A DNA stretch of 64,000 nt, taken from Harriotta raleighana. Its lineage: Eukaryota. Below, piece by piece: positions 62,221 through 64,000 of the stretch; within the stretch, counting starts at the first letter, position 1, and every line of letters starts with the position of its first letter. The notes below the pieces were generated by a model. That model was not told the DNA's origin. It ran no database searches and saw nothing but the letters and a program-made list of their open reading frames with translations. Where the stretch lies: the NCBI GenBank assembly GCA_050575255.1, contig JBNZDD010013714.1, positions 8,553,851 through 8,617,850 of the forward strand. Reading direction: 5' to 3'. Made by a program: the position numbers and the translations under genes.

Positions 62221-64000
62221 ACTCTATATATTCTTTTAATCGCAAACCATCATCATAAGGACTTCTGTTCCCTAAGGGAAGAATTTCTGCTAAAGTAACA
62301 CAGATAGAAAAAATAATCAAAAAATACCACTTTAGACGCATTCCAACTCTGTAAATTGAAAAATGTTTACACGTATGTATTTGCATTTTTATTCTGAATT
62401 TAAATGAACAACTGGAGAATTTCTCATCCTTGATCATACGGACTTCTATATACACAGAGCTAAATGGCACTCTGAATTAAAGTCAGGGGCATGCATGCAT
62501 CATGTCACATTTGTATGTGTAATATCATACATGACTAGTTATGCTGCACCAAAGGCATATTACAGATGGATTCCATTTTACTGTTTACCCAGACATAAAG
62601 TAAGATCTTTTTATAGTCAAACTAGTTTCACATCAGTTAAGCAAAGAGAGAGTTTCCTTAAAATGGTCAGTAAGTGGCAATGGGAGTGTATCTGTGCTTA
62701 TGGGGTAGGTATGATTTTGTTGTGGCTGGTGTGCAGTTTATCATGTTTTATAAAGGCCTTGTCAAGAGATGGATTGCAGCTGCGTGCTGAGGTAAAAGGG
62801 GATTAACACATACATTTTACTGGTGCATTCTCCAGTGAAAGAGTGATAACACTTCCTCTCAATGATTGTTGCGTGTAGTGCTTTGCGATTCTTTTGTTGC
62901 TGTTGCAGGGCTCTGAACTGTACCGTGACTGTTGTGTGCTGTAACTTCATGGTATTCATAGATCTGTCACGTAACTCTCTTATGAAAACACTTCAATTGT
63001 TAGTTTCATTTTTGAATGGCTTCTGATTTATTAACCCTTATTGTACTGGTTATTATTAGGGAGTAATTCCATTGCTCAAAGGTTCTTGTTAATGCAGGAG
63101 AGTGAAAATTGTAATGAACACTGATAGCTAATAGAGTTGCTGTGCAAACTCACATCAGTAAGGTGTTGTGAAATCAATCATTTCTCTGGGATAATTGGAT
63201 ACATTTGATGTATCTTTTGCCATAGTAGTTTTTTTGTCATTTGTGAAAAAGATCGCAGGTTTGATTTAATTAATAGCTCTGAACTATTTTTTTTGATACG
63301 GTACAAACGGCCTGGCCTGTCCTGTCTCCTACAGCCCCATTCAAGATAAACTATTTTTTCTCCCATGCTTATTTGTAGAGAAACTATTTCAGATCAATCC
63401 CCTTAAAGTCTGGCAGCTAAAGGAAGCTCTTTGAATGATTCCAGTCTGCACAGAAAAAACGTTTCAAATTGATATGAGCTGAAATTCTACCAAAGGGATT
63501 GTACAAAGAGATGGGTTTAAATTGGTCTATAAATCAACTGGTTATTTACAATCGGATTCAACTTGATTTTGGCTTAGCTTTAACTATCGACTCAGGTTAG
63601 CCTACATTAAATCGAACATTTCAAACTTTACACGACTTCTTCAGACCTTCTGAGCTGTACATCAGTAAACAGGAACAGACACACAGCAGTCAGTAAAAAA
63701 AAAAGCGTGTTTCGTCTTAATTTGGCCACGTGCCACTGTTGTAAAGACGATGCCATCTAGAATGTACATGGTTGTGTTGAGCAAGCACTCTCTTGTTCTA
63801 AAGTTAAGTAGTTTTGACAAGTAACTCATCTACAGCCATTCCGCACAGCTTTTTTGTCATTTGCATTCTCATTATAATAATGTGATTTTACAATGTGGAA
63901 AGTGGAAGTACTCACAGCTTATGTAAAACCACTGTATTCTATTCAGGGTGACAATTCAACACAACCTGACAGCAGATGGAATGCAAGATCCGTGATTGGC

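Overview
Vertebrate, AT-rich (roughly 60% by eye) non-coding DNA, intronic or gene desert. The repeat set points to a cartilaginous fish, possibly a holocephalan such as Callorhinchus; this taxon call is inference. I recognise no host protein-coding exon. The recognisable protein remnants come from transposons: L2 and CR1 LINE ORF2 C-termini, two decayed PIF/Harbinger transposase N-terminal pieces, and possibly a decayed BED finger. The window holds a young tRNA-derived SINE family (tRNA head, CORE-like block, Deu-type 3' domain, L2 tail), older full-length Deu-SINEs, LF-SINE-like relics, two Penelope-type terminal fragments and one assembly gap. Best leads: (1) an apparently intact minimal hammerhead ribozyme motif at 16973-17009, with a degenerate relative flanked by a 13-bp target-site duplication (TSD) at 4161-4322; (2) a duplicated ~150-nt element at 55.4 and 57.0 kb whose stems still pair through G-U wobbles; (3) a cryptic ~41-bp tandem array split by a SINE; (4) a ~158-bp palindrome in enhancer-like sequence. 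I found no convincing new multi-gene system. All family names come from remembered consensus sequences, not database searches.
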